Shown here in pieces: positions 10,051 through 20,661 of a stretch of 64,000 nt of DNA. The translations under genes were made by a program, and so were the position numbers. Under the pieces are notes generated by a model, which saw only the letters and a program-made list of their open reading frames with translations, searched no databases and was not told the origin of the DNA. Source of the stretch: Myxococcota bacterium (lineage in GTDB: Bacteria > Myxococcota_A > UBA9160 > UBA4427); the NCBI GenBank assembly GCA_965250285.1, contig OZ252299.1, forward strand, positions 5,888,001 to 5,952,000, given 5' to 3'. The first letter of the stretch is position 1. Each line of letters starts with the position of its first letter.

Positions 10051-10066
10051 TGGCACGGATCTTGGA
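10051..10066 (+). promoter_or_regulatory. Putative sigma54 promoter of nrtABCD
   Basis: TGGCAC-GGATC-TTGGA; an alternative TGGCACGGTCTGCGC lies at 10005-10019. Confidence 0.55.
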
Positions 10067-10201
10067 AACGACCCGGGTGGAGAGAGAACGCAGGTCACCG
10101 ATCGAGCCCGAAGCGCTGAGCGCGAAACCGGGCCGAGGCAAGCAGGCGCGAGGCGGGTGAGACCCGAGCCGCGCTGACATCAGATGGCCGCTGACCGGCC
10201 A

Positions 10202-10303
10202 TGGTTCCAATGACGGGACCAGATCGAAGGGATGAGCCCGAAAGGGCTCCGGGCAAGGGCGCCCTCGCACGCAGACGCGTGCAAGGACGCCCTTCGTGTT
10301 TTT
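10202..10303 (+). promoter_or_regulatory. ANTAR twin-hairpin antitermination leader of nrtA with overlapping terminator
   Basis: TGGTTCC-AATGAC-GGGACCA (10202-10221) and GGGC-AAGGGC-GCCC (10251-10264); alternative stem AAGGGCGCCCTCGCACGC/GCGTGCAAGGACGCCCTT followed by CGTGTTTTT. Confidence 0.85.
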
Positions 10304-10323
10304 GGAGTGGAGCAAGCGTCGAA

Positions 10324-11709
10324 ATGAAGTCTTTGAAGACACTCAATGGGTTTCGGATCACTGCAGCGATCCTGCTCTGGTCGGTTGCCATGGCATCGGC
10401 CCTCGCGTCAACGGCCCAGGCCGAGATGCTCGACGTCGAGAAGGACGAGCTCAAGTTCGGCTTCATCAAGCTGACCGACTGTGCGCCGCTCGTCATCGCG
10501 AAGGAGCTCGGCTTCTTCGAGGACGAGGGCCTGTTCGTCACCGTCGAGGCGCAGGCGAACTGGAAGATTCTCCTCGACCGGGTCATCGACGGGGAACTCG
10601 ACGGTGCACACATGCTCTCGGGCCAGCCGATCGGCGCGACGATCGGGATCGGCACCCAGGCGCACGTCGTCACCCCCTTCAGCATGGATCTGAACGGCAA
10701 TGGCATCACCGTGTCGAACGAGATCTGGAAGGAGATGAAGAAGAACGATCCGAAGCTCGCCGGGCCGAATCCGCCGCACCCGATCACTGCGGATGGCCTC
10801 GTGCCGATTGTCACCGAGCGCAAGGATCTGGGTGACCCGCTCAAGATGGGGATGGTCTTCCCGGTCTCGACCCACAACTACGAGCTTCGGTACTGGCTGG
10901 CCGCCTCGGGCATCAGCCCCGGCTTCTACACGAAGAACGACACGACGGGAACGACCGACGCCGACGTGCTGCTCTCGGTCACGCCGCCTCCGCAGATGCC
11001 TGCCACCCTCGAGCAGGGGACGATCCAGGGCTACTGCGTGGGCGAGCCTTGGAACCAGCAGGCCGTCTTCAAGGGTATCGGAGTGCCGGTCGTCACGAAC
11101 TACGAGATCTGGAAGAACAACCCCGAGAAGGTCTTCGGCATGACCTCCGAGTTCGTCGAAGCCAATCCGAACACCACCACGGCCATCGTCAAGGCGCTGA
11201 TCCGCGCCGGCAAGTGGCTCGATGCGTCGCCCGAGAACCGCAAGAAGGCAGTCGAGATCCTCGCGCGATCCGAGTACGTCGGGGCCGACGAAGAGGTCAT
11301 CGCGAACAGCATGACGGGCACGTTCGAGTTCGAGCGTGGCGACAAGCGCGAGATGCCCGACTTCAACGTCTTCTTCCGGCATGACGCGACCTACCCGTTC
11401 TACAGCGACGCCGTGTGGTTCCTCACGCAGATGCGACGCTGGGGGCAGATCGGCGAGGAGAAGCCCGACGGCTGGTACGACGAGGTCGCTCGCAAGGTCT
11501 ACAAGCCCGCGATCTACGAGAAGGCGGCAGCGCTTCTCGTTGAAGAGGGGCACCTCACGGCCGACGAAGTACCGAAGACCGACGGCTACAAGCCGCCCAC
11601 CGGCGACTTCATCGACGGGATCGTCTACGACGGCAAGAAGCCCAACGCCTATCTCGCGAGCTTCGAGATCGGCAACCAGGGCAAGCGCAGCATGGCAAGC
11701 GCCAACTGA
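10324..11709 (+). CDS. nrtA: Nitrate ABC transporter substrate-binding protein (NrtA/NasF)
   Basis: Signal peptide; [47 protein letters not shown]. Confidence 0.95.
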   Translation: MKSLKTLNGFRITAAILLWSVAMASALASTAQAEMLDVEKDELKFGFIKLTDCAPLVIAKELGFFEDEGLFVTVEAQANWKILLDRVIDGELDGAHMLSGQPIGATIGIGTQAHVVTPFSMDLNGNGITVSNEIWKEMKKNDPKLAGPNPPHPITADGLVPIVTERKDLGDPLKMGMVFPVSTHNYELRYWLAASGISPGFYTKNDTTGTTDADVLLSVTPPPQMPATLEQGTIQGYCVGEPWNQQAVFKGIGVPVVTNYEIWKNNPEKVFGMTSEFVEANPNTTTAIVKALIRAGKWLDASPENRKKAVEILARSEYVGADEEVIANSMTGTFEFERGDKREMPDFNVFFRHDATYPFYSDAVWFLTQMRRWGQIGEEKPDGWYDEVARKVYKPAIYEKAAALLVEEGHLTADEVPKTDGYKPPTGDFIDGIVYDGKKPNAYLASFEIGNQGKRSMASAN

Positions 11710-11719
11710 TCCAACCCCT

Positions 11720-11748
11720 GCCCTCCCGGCCGAAGGGGCCGGGAGGGC
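11720..11748 (+). repeat. Perfect 12-bp-arm hairpin between nrtA and nrtB (possible mRNA stabiliser or attenuator)
   Basis: GCCCTCCCGGCC-GAAGG-GGCCGGGAGGGC. Confidence 0.6.
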
Positions 11749-11793
11749 GGCTCGCCCCGAGCACGACGAACACCGCTGGAAGGCAGGACTCTC

Positions 11794-12810
11794 ATGGAAG
11801 GCAAGGCTCGCATCATCAAGGGACTCGAGACGATTGGTCTCGGCATCTTCGTCCCGCTGGTCCGACTCGCGACCGGCGAAGACCCGAAGACGCAGCTCCG
11901 AACACTGAGTCGAGAGATCCTGATCCCGATCCTCGCGATCGTGATCTTCCTCGGCGCGTGGGCGATTCTCGCCGGCAGCGTCGAGACGAGCATCGGCTCC
12001 GTGCCGGGCCCGGTGGCGGTCTGGGCCGAGGCGGGCAACCTCGTCGACGAGCACCGTGCAGAGCGCGTGAAGGAGCAGGAGTTCCATCAGCGCATGGTCA
12101 CGCTGAAGGCCAAGTACGAGGCGGCCGGGAAGCCGTGGAAGGAACGGAACTACTCCGGCAAGCCCACGTTCTTCGACCAGATTCTCACGAGCCTGAAGAC
12201 GGTGTTCGCAGGTTTCGTGATCGCTTCGCTCATCGCCGTGCCGCTCGGCATCCTGTGTGGCTTGAGCGATCGGATCTACGCCGCGATGAACCCGTTGATC
12301 CAGATCTTCAAGCCTGTCTCACCTCTGGCATGGCTCCCGATCGTGATGATCCTCGTGAGCGCGCTCTACACCACGTCCGACCCGATGTTCGAGAAGAGCT
12401 TCATCAGCTCGGCGATCACCGTGGCGCTCTGCTCGCTCTGGCCCACGCTGGTGAACACTGCCCTCGGCGTGGCGAGCGTCGACCGCGATCATCTGAACGT
12501 CGCCAAGGTGCTTCGCCTCGGGACGTTCGAGACGGTGTTCAAGATCATCATTCCGTCGGCCATGCCGCTCATCTTCACCGGCCTTCGCCTGTCGCTCGGC
12601 GTCGGCTGGATGGTGCTGATCGCGGCCGAGATGCTGGCTCAGAACCCGGGTCTTGGGAAGTTCGTCTGGGACATGTTCCAGAACGGCAGCAGCCAGACGC
12701 TGGCGCAGATCATGGTCGCGGTGTTCACGATCGGCGGGATCGGCTTCGCGCTCGATCGCATGATGACCGTGATGCAGAACTTCGTTTCGTTCGAAGCTTC
12801 GGTGGGCTGA
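11794..12810 (+). CDS. nrtB: Nitrate ABC transporter permease
   Basis: [40 protein letters not shown]. Confidence 0.95.
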   Translation: MEGKARIIKGLETIGLGIFVPLVRLATGEDPKTQLRTLSREILIPILAIVIFLGAWAILAGSVETSIGSVPGPVAVWAEAGNLVDEHRAERVKEQEFHQRMVTLKAKYEAAGKPWKERNYSGKPTFFDQILTSLKTVFAGFVIASLIAVPLGILCGLSDRIYAAMNPLIQIFKPVSPLAWLPIVMILVSALYTTSDPMFEKSFISSAITVALCSLWPTLVNTALGVASVDRDHLNVAKVLRLGTFETVFKIIIPSAMPLIFTGLRLSLGVGWMVLIAAEMLAQNPGLGKFVWDMFQNGSSQTLAQIMVAVFTIGGIGFALDRMMTVMQNFVSFEASVG

Positions 12811-12820
12811 GGATTTCGAG

Positions 12821-13681
12821 ATGGCTTTTCTAGAGCTCAATGACGTATCGAAGGGCTACGGGGAGGGCGCTCACAGAACCGAGGTTCTGTCGAACGTCAA
12901 CCTGAGCCTGGCCGAAGGCGAGTTTCTCGCGATCGTCGGTTTCTCAGGGAGTGGCAAGACCACGCTCATCTCGCTGATTGCCGGCCTGATCGAGGCCGAC
13001 GCGGGCACGATCGAGATGGCAGGCGAGCCGATCAAAGGGCCCGGGCCTGACCGCGGCGTCGTCTTCCAGAACTACTCGCTGCTGCCGTGGCTGACGGTGC
13101 GCGGCAACGTGATGCTCGCCGTCAAGAAGATCCACAGCTCGAAGTCGACGGCCGAACAGATCGAGATCGCCGACCACTACATCGACATGGTCGGCCTGAC
13201 TCAGGCCAAAGAGAAGCGGCCCCTCGAGCTCTCGGGCGGGATGCGTCAGCGCGTCGCGGTGGCGCGGGGTCTGGCCACCGATCCGAAGCTGATGCTGCTC
13301 GATGAACCGCTCTCGGCGCTCGATGCCCTGACGCGCGCGACGCTGCAGGACGAGATCGAGCGGATCTGGCGCAGCGATCAGAAGACGGTCGTCCTGATCA
13401 CGAACGACGTCGACGAGGCGATCCTGCTCGCCGATCGCATCGTGCCGCTGAAGCCCGGCCCGAACGCGACGCTCGGTCCGGCCTTCCCGGTCCCGCTCGG
13501 TCGCCCGCGCGACCGCACATCGATGAACCACGACCCCGAGTTCAAGAAGATCCGCAACGAGGTCACGAAGTACCTGCTTCAGGTGGGCGAAGAGCAGTCG
13601 GCCAAGGCCGCGGTCGCGAGCGTCGACCTGCCCGACCTCGAGCCCCTGGATCTCACCGCACCGAAGCGAAGGAGCGTTTGA
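12821..13681 (+). CDS. nrtC: Nitrate ABC transporter ATPase
   Basis: [31 protein letters not shown]. Confidence 0.9.
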   Translation: MAFLELNDVSKGYGEGAHRTEVLSNVNLSLAEGEFLAIVGFSGSGKTTLISLIAGLIEADAGTIEMAGEPIKGPGPDRGVVFQNYSLLPWLTVRGNVMLAVKKIHSSKSTAEQIEIADHYIDMVGLTQAKEKRPLELSGGMRQRVAVARGLATDPKLMLLDEPLSALDALTRATLQDEIERIWRSDQKTVVLITNDVDEAILLADRIVPLKPGPNATLGPAFPVPLGRPRDRTSMNHDPEFKKIRNEVTKYLLQVGEEQSAKAAVASVDLPDLEPLDLTAPKRRSV

Positions 13682-13683
13682 TC

Positions 13684-14487
13684 ATGGCCGGATTTCTCGA
13701 ATGCGTCGGTCTCAACAAGACCTACGACACGCCCAAGGGGCCGGCGGTCATCGTCGACGGCTTCGATCTAGAGCTGAAGCGCGGCGAGTTCGTCACGCTG
13801 ATCGGGCACTCGGGCTGTGGCAAGTCGACCGTGCTGTCCATGGTGGCCGGCCTGAATGCGATCACCGACGGCGCCGTTGTCGTCGGTGGCAAGGAGATCG
13901 CTGGCCCAGGGCCTGATCGTGGCGTGGTCTTTCAGGCGCCCTGTCTACTCCCTTGGCTCACGGCCTTCGAGAACGTGATGCTCGGGGTGGCGAAGGTATA
14001 CGCACATGGCACCGATCGTCAGCGTCGCGAGATCTGCGAGCACTATCTCTCCCGGGTCGGGCTCGCCGACGCGATGTTCAAGCGACCGGCCGAGCTCTCG
14101 GGCGGCATGCGCCAGCGCGTCGGCATCGCCCGCGCCCTGGCGCTGAAGCCCAAGGTGCTGCTGCTCGACGAGCCCTTCGGCATGCTCGACTCGCTGACGC
14201 GGATCGAGCTGCAGGAGCTGCTGCTCGACATCTGGGAAGACAACAAGATTACGACGCTGATGGTCACCCATGACGTCGACGAAGCACTCTACCTCTCGGA
14301 TCGGGTCACGATGATGACCAATGGGCCGGCAGCGAAGGTGGGGCAGATTCTCGACGTCCCCTTCCCGCGTCCGCGGGATCGGGCTGCCTTGCTCGAGACC
14401 GATGAGTACTACGCGCTCCGCGAACGCCTGATCGCCTTCCTCGAAGGCCAGGATCTCGATCGGGGGAGCTTCGAAGACGCCGCCTGA
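13684..14487 (+). CDS. nrtD: Nitrate ABC transporter ATPase
   Basis: [31 protein letters not shown]. Confidence 0.9.
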   Translation: MAGFLECVGLNKTYDTPKGPAVIVDGFDLELKRGEFVTLIGHSGCGKSTVLSMVAGLNAITDGAVVVGGKEIAGPGPDRGVVFQAPCLLPWLTAFENVMLGVAKVYAHGTDRQRREICEHYLSRVGLADAMFKRPAELSGGMRQRVGIARALALKPKVLLLDEPFGMLDSLTRIELQELLLDIWEDNKITTLMVTHDVDEALYLSDRVTMMTNGPAAKVGQILDVPFPRPRDRAALLETDEYYALRERLIAFLEGQDLDRGSFEDAA

Positions 14488-14676
14488 CGAGCCGCTCGGA
14501 CACGACTGAGTCGAGCCACGCGAAGAGAACGGGAGATTTGCGCCCGCGAATGGGCGAACGAGAGAGGTGCGTCTGTAGGTCGGACGCGAGCGAACTGAGC
14601 GATGCCATGAGCGGGAGATGGGCCCGCCTTCGTCGCTAGAGAGTCTTTAGGGAAGGAAGAAAGGGTACACCACAGA

Positions 14677-16011
14677 ATGGAACGGACCGAATCGCTGGAT
14701 CGAACGATGCGCGACTTCACACGGAGGTGTGTGGGCGCTGCGGTTGTGATGGCAGTATGGGCGCTGCTCTGCGTGGGCACGTCCGCGTGGGCGCAAGAGG
14801 GGGAGTCGGACCAGGCGAAGAACCTCGTCGATGCGCTCATCCATGGCACGCCGACGCTCAACGTGCGTGGCCGCATCGAGCTCGCCAAGGCGGAGGGGCT
14901 CGAACGCTCCGAAGCCTACACGGTGCGCACGGAGCTCGGGTACGGCACGAAGCCGTGGTACGGGCTTCGCGTCTACACCAGCTTCGAGAACGTCGCGACC
15001 GCGACGCAGAAGACGTACTGGGTGCCGACGGAGGGGCCGAACACCGAGGGCCAGACGGTCATCGCGGATCCGCCAGGCACCGAAGTTCAGCAGGGCTACC
15101 TCGAGTACAAGAACGCGAAGCTCCTAGATTCGATGACGAGGGGCGGTCGTCAGGAGATCATCTACGACGACTGGAGATTCATCGGCAACGTGGTCTGGCG
15201 TCAGAATCAGCAGACCTTCGACGCCGTGACGGCCGTTTCGAAGCTCGGGCTCGACGATCTGAAGTTTCAGTACGGCTGGATCGGCAACGTCAACCGAATC
15301 TTTGGCGGCGGCGGGGCCAACCCGAATCTCTCTGACTTCCGGTCGAACTCGCATGTGCTCAACGCGAACTACAAGGTCGCTCAGCAGCTGGACGTCACGG
15401 CATTCGCCTACCTGCTCGACCTGAAGACCAATGCGCCGGCGCCAGCCGACGACTCGGCGAACTCGAACCAGAGCTACGGCTTCATTGCGAAGGGCAAGAT
15501 CCCGACTGGCGACAGCGTGACGTTCGACTACTTCTTCTCGTACGCCTTCCAGAAGAACTACGCGGACAAGGCCATCGACTACAAGGCCAACTACATCCAT
15601 GGTGCGGCTGGCATCAAGCTCAAGGGCCTGGGTCGCCTCGGCGCAGGGTACGAGCTGCTTGGGAGCGACGACGGCAGGCAGCAGTTCCTGACACCACTCG
15701 CGACCGCGCACAAGTTCAATGGTTGGGTCGACGTCTATCTGAACAATGGTGGTCCGGCGGGCCTTCGAGACCTCTACGTCAACCTCGCGCCGGCCATGCC
15801 TTGGAAGCTCAAGCCGAAGATCATCTATCACCGCTTCTGGGACGACAACACAAACACGCATCGAGGCGACGAGATCGATGCTGAGGTCAGGCGCCACTTC
15901 GGCAAGCATCTGATGCTTCTGGCGAAGGGTGGCTACTTCATCAGCGCGACGGACGCGTTCCCCGAAGTCGACACCTGGCGATTCTGGTTCGACGTGGTCA
16001 TCAAGTTCTAG
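14677..16011 (+). CDS. Alginate-export-family outer-membrane beta-barrel (probable nitrate porin)
   Basis: Signal peptide; GRQEIIYDDWRFIGNVVWRQNQQTFDA, TPLATAHKFNGW; C-terminal F; start could be 14707. Confidence 0.8.
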   Translation: MERTESLDRTMRDFTRRCVGAAVVMAVWALLCVGTSAWAQEGESDQAKNLVDALIHGTPTLNVRGRIELAKAEGLERSEAYTVRTELGYGTKPWYGLRVYTSFENVATATQKTYWVPTEGPNTEGQTVIADPPGTEVQQGYLEYKNAKLLDSMTRGGRQEIIYDDWRFIGNVVWRQNQQTFDAVTAVSKLGLDDLKFQYGWIGNVNRIFGGGGANPNLSDFRSNSHVLNANYKVAQQLDVTAFAYLLDLKTNAPAPADDSANSNQSYGFIAKGKIPTGDSVTFDYFFSYAFQKNYADKAIDYKANYIHGAAGIKLKGLGRLGAGYELLGSDDGRQQFLTPLATAHKFNGWVDVYLNNGGPAGLRDLYVNLAPAMPWKLKPKIIYHRFWDDNTNTHRGDEIDAEVRRHFGKHLMLLAKGGYFISATDAFPEVDTWRFWFDVVIKF

Positions 16012-16115
16012 AGGGTGGTCCGTCCATTCGTCTTCGGCTCCATGCCTTCCCTAGAAGGAGCCGGAGTAGGTCCCGGTCGACGTTCGGGGGCGAGCGTCGG
16101 CCGGGACCATTCTGC

Positions 16116-16550
16116 CTAGTCGGTCCCGGCCTCTCCGTCCGCGCCCCGCGACTCGGGCCCGAGCCCGAACTCGATGCGCGCAGCCCGCCCCTGGACGGCG
16201 GGATCCCACGGCAGGCGCTCGAGCAGGTCGTGCAGGTGTGCTGCGAAGACGTAGGTGTCGACCTGCTTCTGCTGGCCCGACGGCAAGCGAACCGCGACGC
16301 GCTCCCGCGTGTACATGTCTCCCTCGAAGCGATCGAGCGCTGCCATCGTGTCGTCGTCGAGCCTCGCGTAGACGACGCCCTCGGTCTCGGCGCCCGGCTC
16401 GGGCACGACGGCCGGGTAGCTCGCGCCGCGCACCCGGTAGCGGGCGTGGTCGGCGAGCACGGCGGGCTCATGGTCGGCGCTCCGCCCGGTGACCGCGCGA
16501 AACACGTCGTCGAAGAGCAGCGAGCCGTACACGAAGAGATCCGTCGTCAT
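16116..16550 (-). CDS. Gamma-glutamylcyclotransferase (AIG2-like) family protein
   Basis: LFVYGSL, YPAVV, LDRFEG. Confidence 0.88.
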   Translation of the reverse strand: MTTDLFVYGSLLFDDVFRAVTGRSADHEPAVLADHARYRVRGASYPAVVPEPGAETEGVVYARLDDDTMAALDRFEGDMYTRERVAVRLPSGQQKQVDTYVFAAHLHDLLERLPWDPAVQGRAARIEFGLGPESRGADGEAGTD

Positions 16551-16564
16551 CGTCGAGATCCGGT

Positions 16565-18715
16565 CTAGTCGACCCAGCCGAGCACGTTGCGCACGATCGA
16601 CCAGCGTGGCTCTTCGACCTGCAGCTGCCGACCGCGGATCCAGTAGTCGAAGAGCTGCTCGATGGTCTGGTCTCGATGCTTGAGGTCGATCCAGGCGTCC
16701 AGCACGGCGACGAGCTCGTCTTCGCCCTGGGGCACTGCGTAGGCGATGGGCACCTCGAGCAGCGCCGGGTGGGGCACGGCGACGGCGAACTCGGGGTAGA
16801 TCAGGCTCCAGGCCGATCCGCGCTCGGCCGTGGTCACGAGGGCATCCCAGACTTCGTCGCCCTCGCTCTGCTTGAAGAAGTCACGCGGGTTGTCGAGCTC
16901 GACGACCTCCGCATTCGGGAAGAGCTCTTGCGCCTTCTTCTTGTAGTAGTCGAGTCGCGGGACCACGATCTTCGGCGCGGGCAGCGCGCGCGCCTTTTCG
17001 AGCGAGCTGAACTCGCCGCGCATGTGGTCTCGCACGACGACCGCGAGTGTCTCGTTGAGGACAGGGCGGCTCAGGCTCACGCGCTCGAGCGCCTGTACGG
17101 TGACGGGGTACCCGGTCATGAGGATGTCGATGCGCCCCGCGGCGAGGGCATCGAGCAACGTCTCGCGAGCGAGCAGGTGGAAGACCGGCTCGACCCCGAG
17201 CTCGGCGGCGAGGGTCTGCGCCATGTCGACGTCGAAGCCCACGAGGTGACCCGACTCGTTTCGGAACACGAAGGGCAGGGCGTTCGCGGTGTAGCCGACG
17301 CGTAGCTCGCCGCGAGATCGGATGCGGTCGAGCAGGTGGCGCGGGTCGGTCGTTTCTTCGACGGGCCGGGGATCCTGCTCGCCCACGCGTACCTCGGCTT
17401 CGGTCGTCTGCAGGCCACGATCGACGAAGAGCGAGTACTTCTCGTACTCGTGTCCCATCCATTCGAAGCCGGCTCGCACACCGCCCACGAAACCGACGGT
17501 GAGCAGGATCGTGATCGCTGCGAAGCGCATCACCCGCGGCCACTCGAACCGGACGAGGCCTTCGGCGGCGCACCCGGCGAGCATCGCCAGGCAGATCGTG
17601 TGCACCGCAGCGAGCAGCGCGCTGAACCGGTTGCCGACGACCTGGTCGACGATCACGAAGAGGTTGAACAGGTCGGTGGGCACCCGGAAGAGGTCGAGCA
17701 GAAACGGCACGGCAACATAGGTGCTGCCGAAGAACGTCACGACGCCGGTGCTCATGTAGGCGGGCAGCGACGCGAGGCCGATCGGAAACCCCGCCAGCCA
17801 GCCGGCGAAGGGTACGAACGCCAGCGCGAGCAGCTTGCCCGCGCTCGGAAAGTTGAACGAGCTCGGGATGATGACGTCGACCTGTGCGCCCATGTTCTCT
17901 TCGTCGCCGATGCCCGAGAGCACCTCTTTCGTTCGGCCGATCAGCAAAGAGAGCACGACGAAGAGATTGCCCGTCGCGAACGCGGTGATGAGCGCGTTGC
18001 GCATGGGGCCGAAGACCTGGCCGTACCGCAGCGGGGTCAACGTGACCACGAGCATCGGCAGGGTCCAGAGCGCGAGCAGGAGCGCCATGCCCGCATAGAG
18101 CACGACGTACACCTGCAGCCCGTCGATATCTTTGGGGTCGGTGGTGCCCGCGGCGTAGGCCGCGATGCCGAATACGCCGATCGGCGCCAGTCGAATGACG
18201 AAGTTCGTGATGCGGGATAGCGCTTCGTAGGTGGCGTTCAGCACCTCGAGCAGCGCGTCTTTCTCGTCGAGCCCGATCAGCGCAATGCCGAACGCGACGC
18301 TGAACACGACGACGGCCGGCACGACGGTCTCGGCCAGCGACGCAAACGGGTTCGAGGGAATGAAGAGCGAGAGAAAGTCGAAGGGCTCCTGCTCGGCGAC
18401 CAGGTCACTGCTGAAGAACGAAGCCGAAGGCCAGTCGGGCAGGCCGAAGGTCATGAGCACGATGCAGGTCAGAACGATGGCCCAGATCACGAGCAGGAAG
18501 GTGCCGGCCTTCACGGCGAGCACCTTGGCATCTTCGAACTGCAAGCTGCCGAGGCCGCGGATCAACGACACCATCATGAACGGCAGCACCGTCATCTGCA
18601 GCAGCAGGACGAACGCGTCGCCCAGCACACCGATGGGCGCGATCAGCTCGCCGAAGAAGAGCCCCGCGAAGATGCCGACGATCAGCGAGGTCAGGACCTG
18701 GGCGGCGAGGCTCAA
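16565..18715 (-). CDS. Dicarboxylate/amino acid:cation symporter (DAACS) fused to a C-terminal family-3 solute-binding domain
   Basis: TTG start after GGAGG; GDAFVLLLQMTVLP, FIPSNPF, LAPIGVFGI; then IRSRGELRVG...PF...GFDVDMA PBP2 domain. Confidence 0.88.
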   Translation of the reverse strand: MSLAAQVLTSLIVGIFAGLFFGELIAPIGVLGDAFVLLLQMTVLPFMMVSLIRGLGSLQFEDAKVLAVKAGTFLLVIWAIVLTCIVLMTFGLPDWPSASFFSSDLVAEQEPFDFLSLFIPSNPFASLAETVVPAVVVFSVAFGIALIGLDEKDALLEVLNATYEALSRITNFVIRLAPIGVFGIAAYAAGTTDPKDIDGLQVYVVLYAGMALLLALWTLPMLVVTLTPLRYGQVFGPMRNALITAFATGNLFVVLSLLIGRTKEVLSGIGDEENMGAQVDVIIPSSFNFPSAGKLLALAFVPFAGWLAGFPIGLASLPAYMSTGVVTFFGSTYVAVPFLLDLFRVPTDLFNLFVIVDQVVGNRFSALLAAVHTICLAMLAGCAAEGLVRFEWPRVMRFAAITILLTVGFVGGVRAGFEWMGHEYEKYSLFVDRGLQTTEAEVRVGEQDPRPVEETTDPRHLLDRIRSRGELRVGYTANALPFVFRNESGHLVGFDVDMAQTLAAELGVEPVFHLLARETLLDALAAGRIDILMTGYPVTVQALERVSLSRPVLNETLAVVVRDHMRGEFSSLEKARALPAPKIVVPRLDYYKKKAQELFPNAEVVELDNPRDFFKQSEGDEVWDALVTTAERGSAWSLIYPEFAVAVPHPALLEVPIAYAVPQGEDELVAVLDAWIDLKHRDQTIEQLFDYWIRGRQLQVEEPRWSIVRNVLGWVD

Positions 18716-18883
18716 CGCGCATCCTCCGGTGTGTGGGCCCCGGCGCACGTGCGCGCCCGGGCAAAGGCGGTGACCGGGATCGTCTCGGAGTGGGCGGGGC
18801 TTGGCAACCCGCTCGCCCCTGATCGACGCCGACAGTGCACGCACCCGGGGCTATCTTCGATCGTCGCTCACCCCTCGCAGGAG

Positions 18884-19360
18884 ATGTCCGTGCCGATCGA
18901 AGAAGGAAGAGCCGCCCCGGCCTTCGCGCTCAAGGATCAGAACGGCGACAAGGTCGCGCTGAAGGATTTCAAGGGTCAGGACGTGATCGTCTATTTCTAC
19001 CCGAAGGACGATACGCCGGGCTGCACCAAGGAGGCCCAGGGCTTTCGCGATCTGTGGAAGAAGCTGCAGAAGAAGGGGGTCGTCGTCCTCGGGATCTCGC
19101 CGGACGGCGAGGCCGCGCATCAGAAGTTCATCGCGAAGTACAAGCTGCCCTTCTCGCTGCTCTGCGACCCCGACAAGAAGGTCATGGAGAAGTACGGCGC
19201 CTGGGGCGAGAAGATGATGTACGGCAAGAAGCGGATCGGCGTCATCCGCTCGACGGTCTGGGTCGGACCGAACGGCAAGGTCAAGAAGCACTGGGCCAAG
19301 GTGCCGAAGGCCGCCGATCACCCCGCCAAGGTCTGGGAGGCACTCGAGGCCGACGCGTAG
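18884..19360 (+). CDS. bcp: Thioredoxin-dependent thiol peroxidase BCP
   Basis: YFYPKDDTPGCTKEA, YGAWGEK. Confidence 0.93.
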   Translation: MSVPIEEGRAAPAFALKDQNGDKVALKDFKGQDVIVYFYPKDDTPGCTKEAQGFRDLWKKLQKKGVVVLGISPDGEAAHQKFIAKYKLPFSLLCDPDKKVMEKYGAWGEKMMYGKKRIGVIRSTVWVGPNGKVKKHWAKVPKAADHPAKVWEALEADA

Positions 19361-19418
19361 CGCCGGACGCCGCTGCGTTCGAGATCGTTCATGCTTTGCT
19401 GCGGCCGAGCACCAGGCT

Positions 19419-20414
19419 TCAAACCTCGAGCAGCTGCTTGCCGAAGTTCTCGCCCGTGTAGAGCCGGATCAACGTGCGCGGCACGTTCTCGAAACCGCGC
19501 TGCACGTCGGCTTCCCAGACGATCTCGCCGCTTTCGACCCATGCAGCGAGCTGCTCGGTCGCCTCGGCAAAGCGTGCGATGTAGTCGAGCACGACGAAGC
19601 CCTCCATGCGGCTGCGGGTGATCATCAAGTTGATGTAATTGCGCGGGCCCGGCGGCAGCTCGGACATGCTGTAGCGCTCGATCGCGCCGCAGATCACCAC
19701 GCGCGCGTTCTGGTTGATGCGACCCAGCACCTCGTCGAGGGCTTCCCCGCCGACGTTGTCGAAGAAGACGTCGATGCCGTCGGGGCAGAGCGCGTCGAGT
19801 CGCGCCCCGATCGATTCGTTCTTGTAGTCGATCGCGCCGTCGAGCCCGGCGCGTTCGACCAGCCAGCGACACTTCGACTCACCGCCCGCGATGCCGACCA
19901 CCCGACAGCCCTTGGCCTTCGCGATCTGCGCCGCGACCGAGCCCGTCGCCCCAGCCGCCCCCGAGACGACGACGGTCTGGCCGGCCTCGGGCCGCCCGAT
20001 CTCGAGCAGGCCGAAGTAGGCGGTGACGCCCGTCATGCCGAGCACCGAGAGCGCGAGCTGTGGGTCGGTGCCGGGCGCGAGCTTGCGCAACTCGGGGCCG
20101 CCGACGGCGTACTCCTGCCATCCCATCGTGCCGGTCACGAGATCGCCCGGTGCGTAACCATCGAGTCGGCTCTCGACGACTTCGCCCACTGTCATGGCGC
20201 GCATCACGGCCCCGATCTCGACGGGCGGGATGTAGTTGGGTCGGTCCTCGATCCACCCGCGCATCGCGGGCTCGAACGACATGAGCTTGTTGCGCACGAG
20301 GATCTGTCCCTCGGCGGGTGCCGGGCGCGGGGCTTCTCGCAGCTCGAAGCAGCTCTCTTCGACGCGAGCGACCGGTCGCTTCACCAGGATCCACTGGCGC
20401 TGGGTCTCGGGCAC
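19419..20414 (-). CDS. NADP-dependent oxidoreductase (prostaglandin reductase/MDR family)
   Basis: LGMTGVTAYFG, VSGAAGATGS, FFDNVGG, NFGKQLL; GTG start after AGGAGG. Confidence 0.92.
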   Translation of the reverse strand: MPETQRQWILVKRPVARVEESCFELREAPRPAPAEGQILVRNKLMSFEPAMRGWIEDRPNYIPPVEIGAVMRAMTVGEVVESRLDGYAPGDLVTGTMGWQEYAVGGPELRKLAPGTDPQLALSVLGMTGVTAYFGLLEIGRPEAGQTVVVSGAAGATGSVAAQIAKAKGCRVVGIAGGESKCRWLVERAGLDGAIDYKNESIGARLDALCPDGIDVFFDNVGGEALDEVLGRINQNARVVICGAIERYSMSELPPGPRNYINLMITRSRMEGFVVLDYIARFAEATEQLAAWVESGEIVWEADVQRGFENVPRTLIRLYTGENFGKQLLEV

Positions 20415-20494
20415 GGCGAGGTCCCTCCTTTTCTCTATTTCGGGTCGGGGCGGCAACGGGCGATCAACGGGCCCGGGCGACCCGCGCGGCCGCC

Positions 20495-20533
20495 TTGGTC
20501 GTTTGACCAATTCAGTTTATACAAGTGGATAAA
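20495..20533. promoter_or_regulatory. Operator-like palindromes upstream of the oxidoreductase
   Basis: TTGGTC-GTTT-GACCAA (20495-20510) followed by TTTAT-N8-ATAAA in an AT-rich patch. Confidence 0.45.
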
Positions 20534-20661
20534 TCGTCGGGCAACCCCTCGCTGTGGCGCCGGGCCGGCTGACCCCGCACGCGCATGGCGCGGCGCTGAG
20601 GCGCGACTCAGGCGGGCGAGAGCCGGTGCATCAGCGGATCGAAGTCGCGCCGGGGCGGCGG

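Noticed and set aside
20523..20532. DnaA-box-like TTATCCACT on the minus strand
   Set aside because: Single 8/9 match; no box cluster or origin-associated genes.
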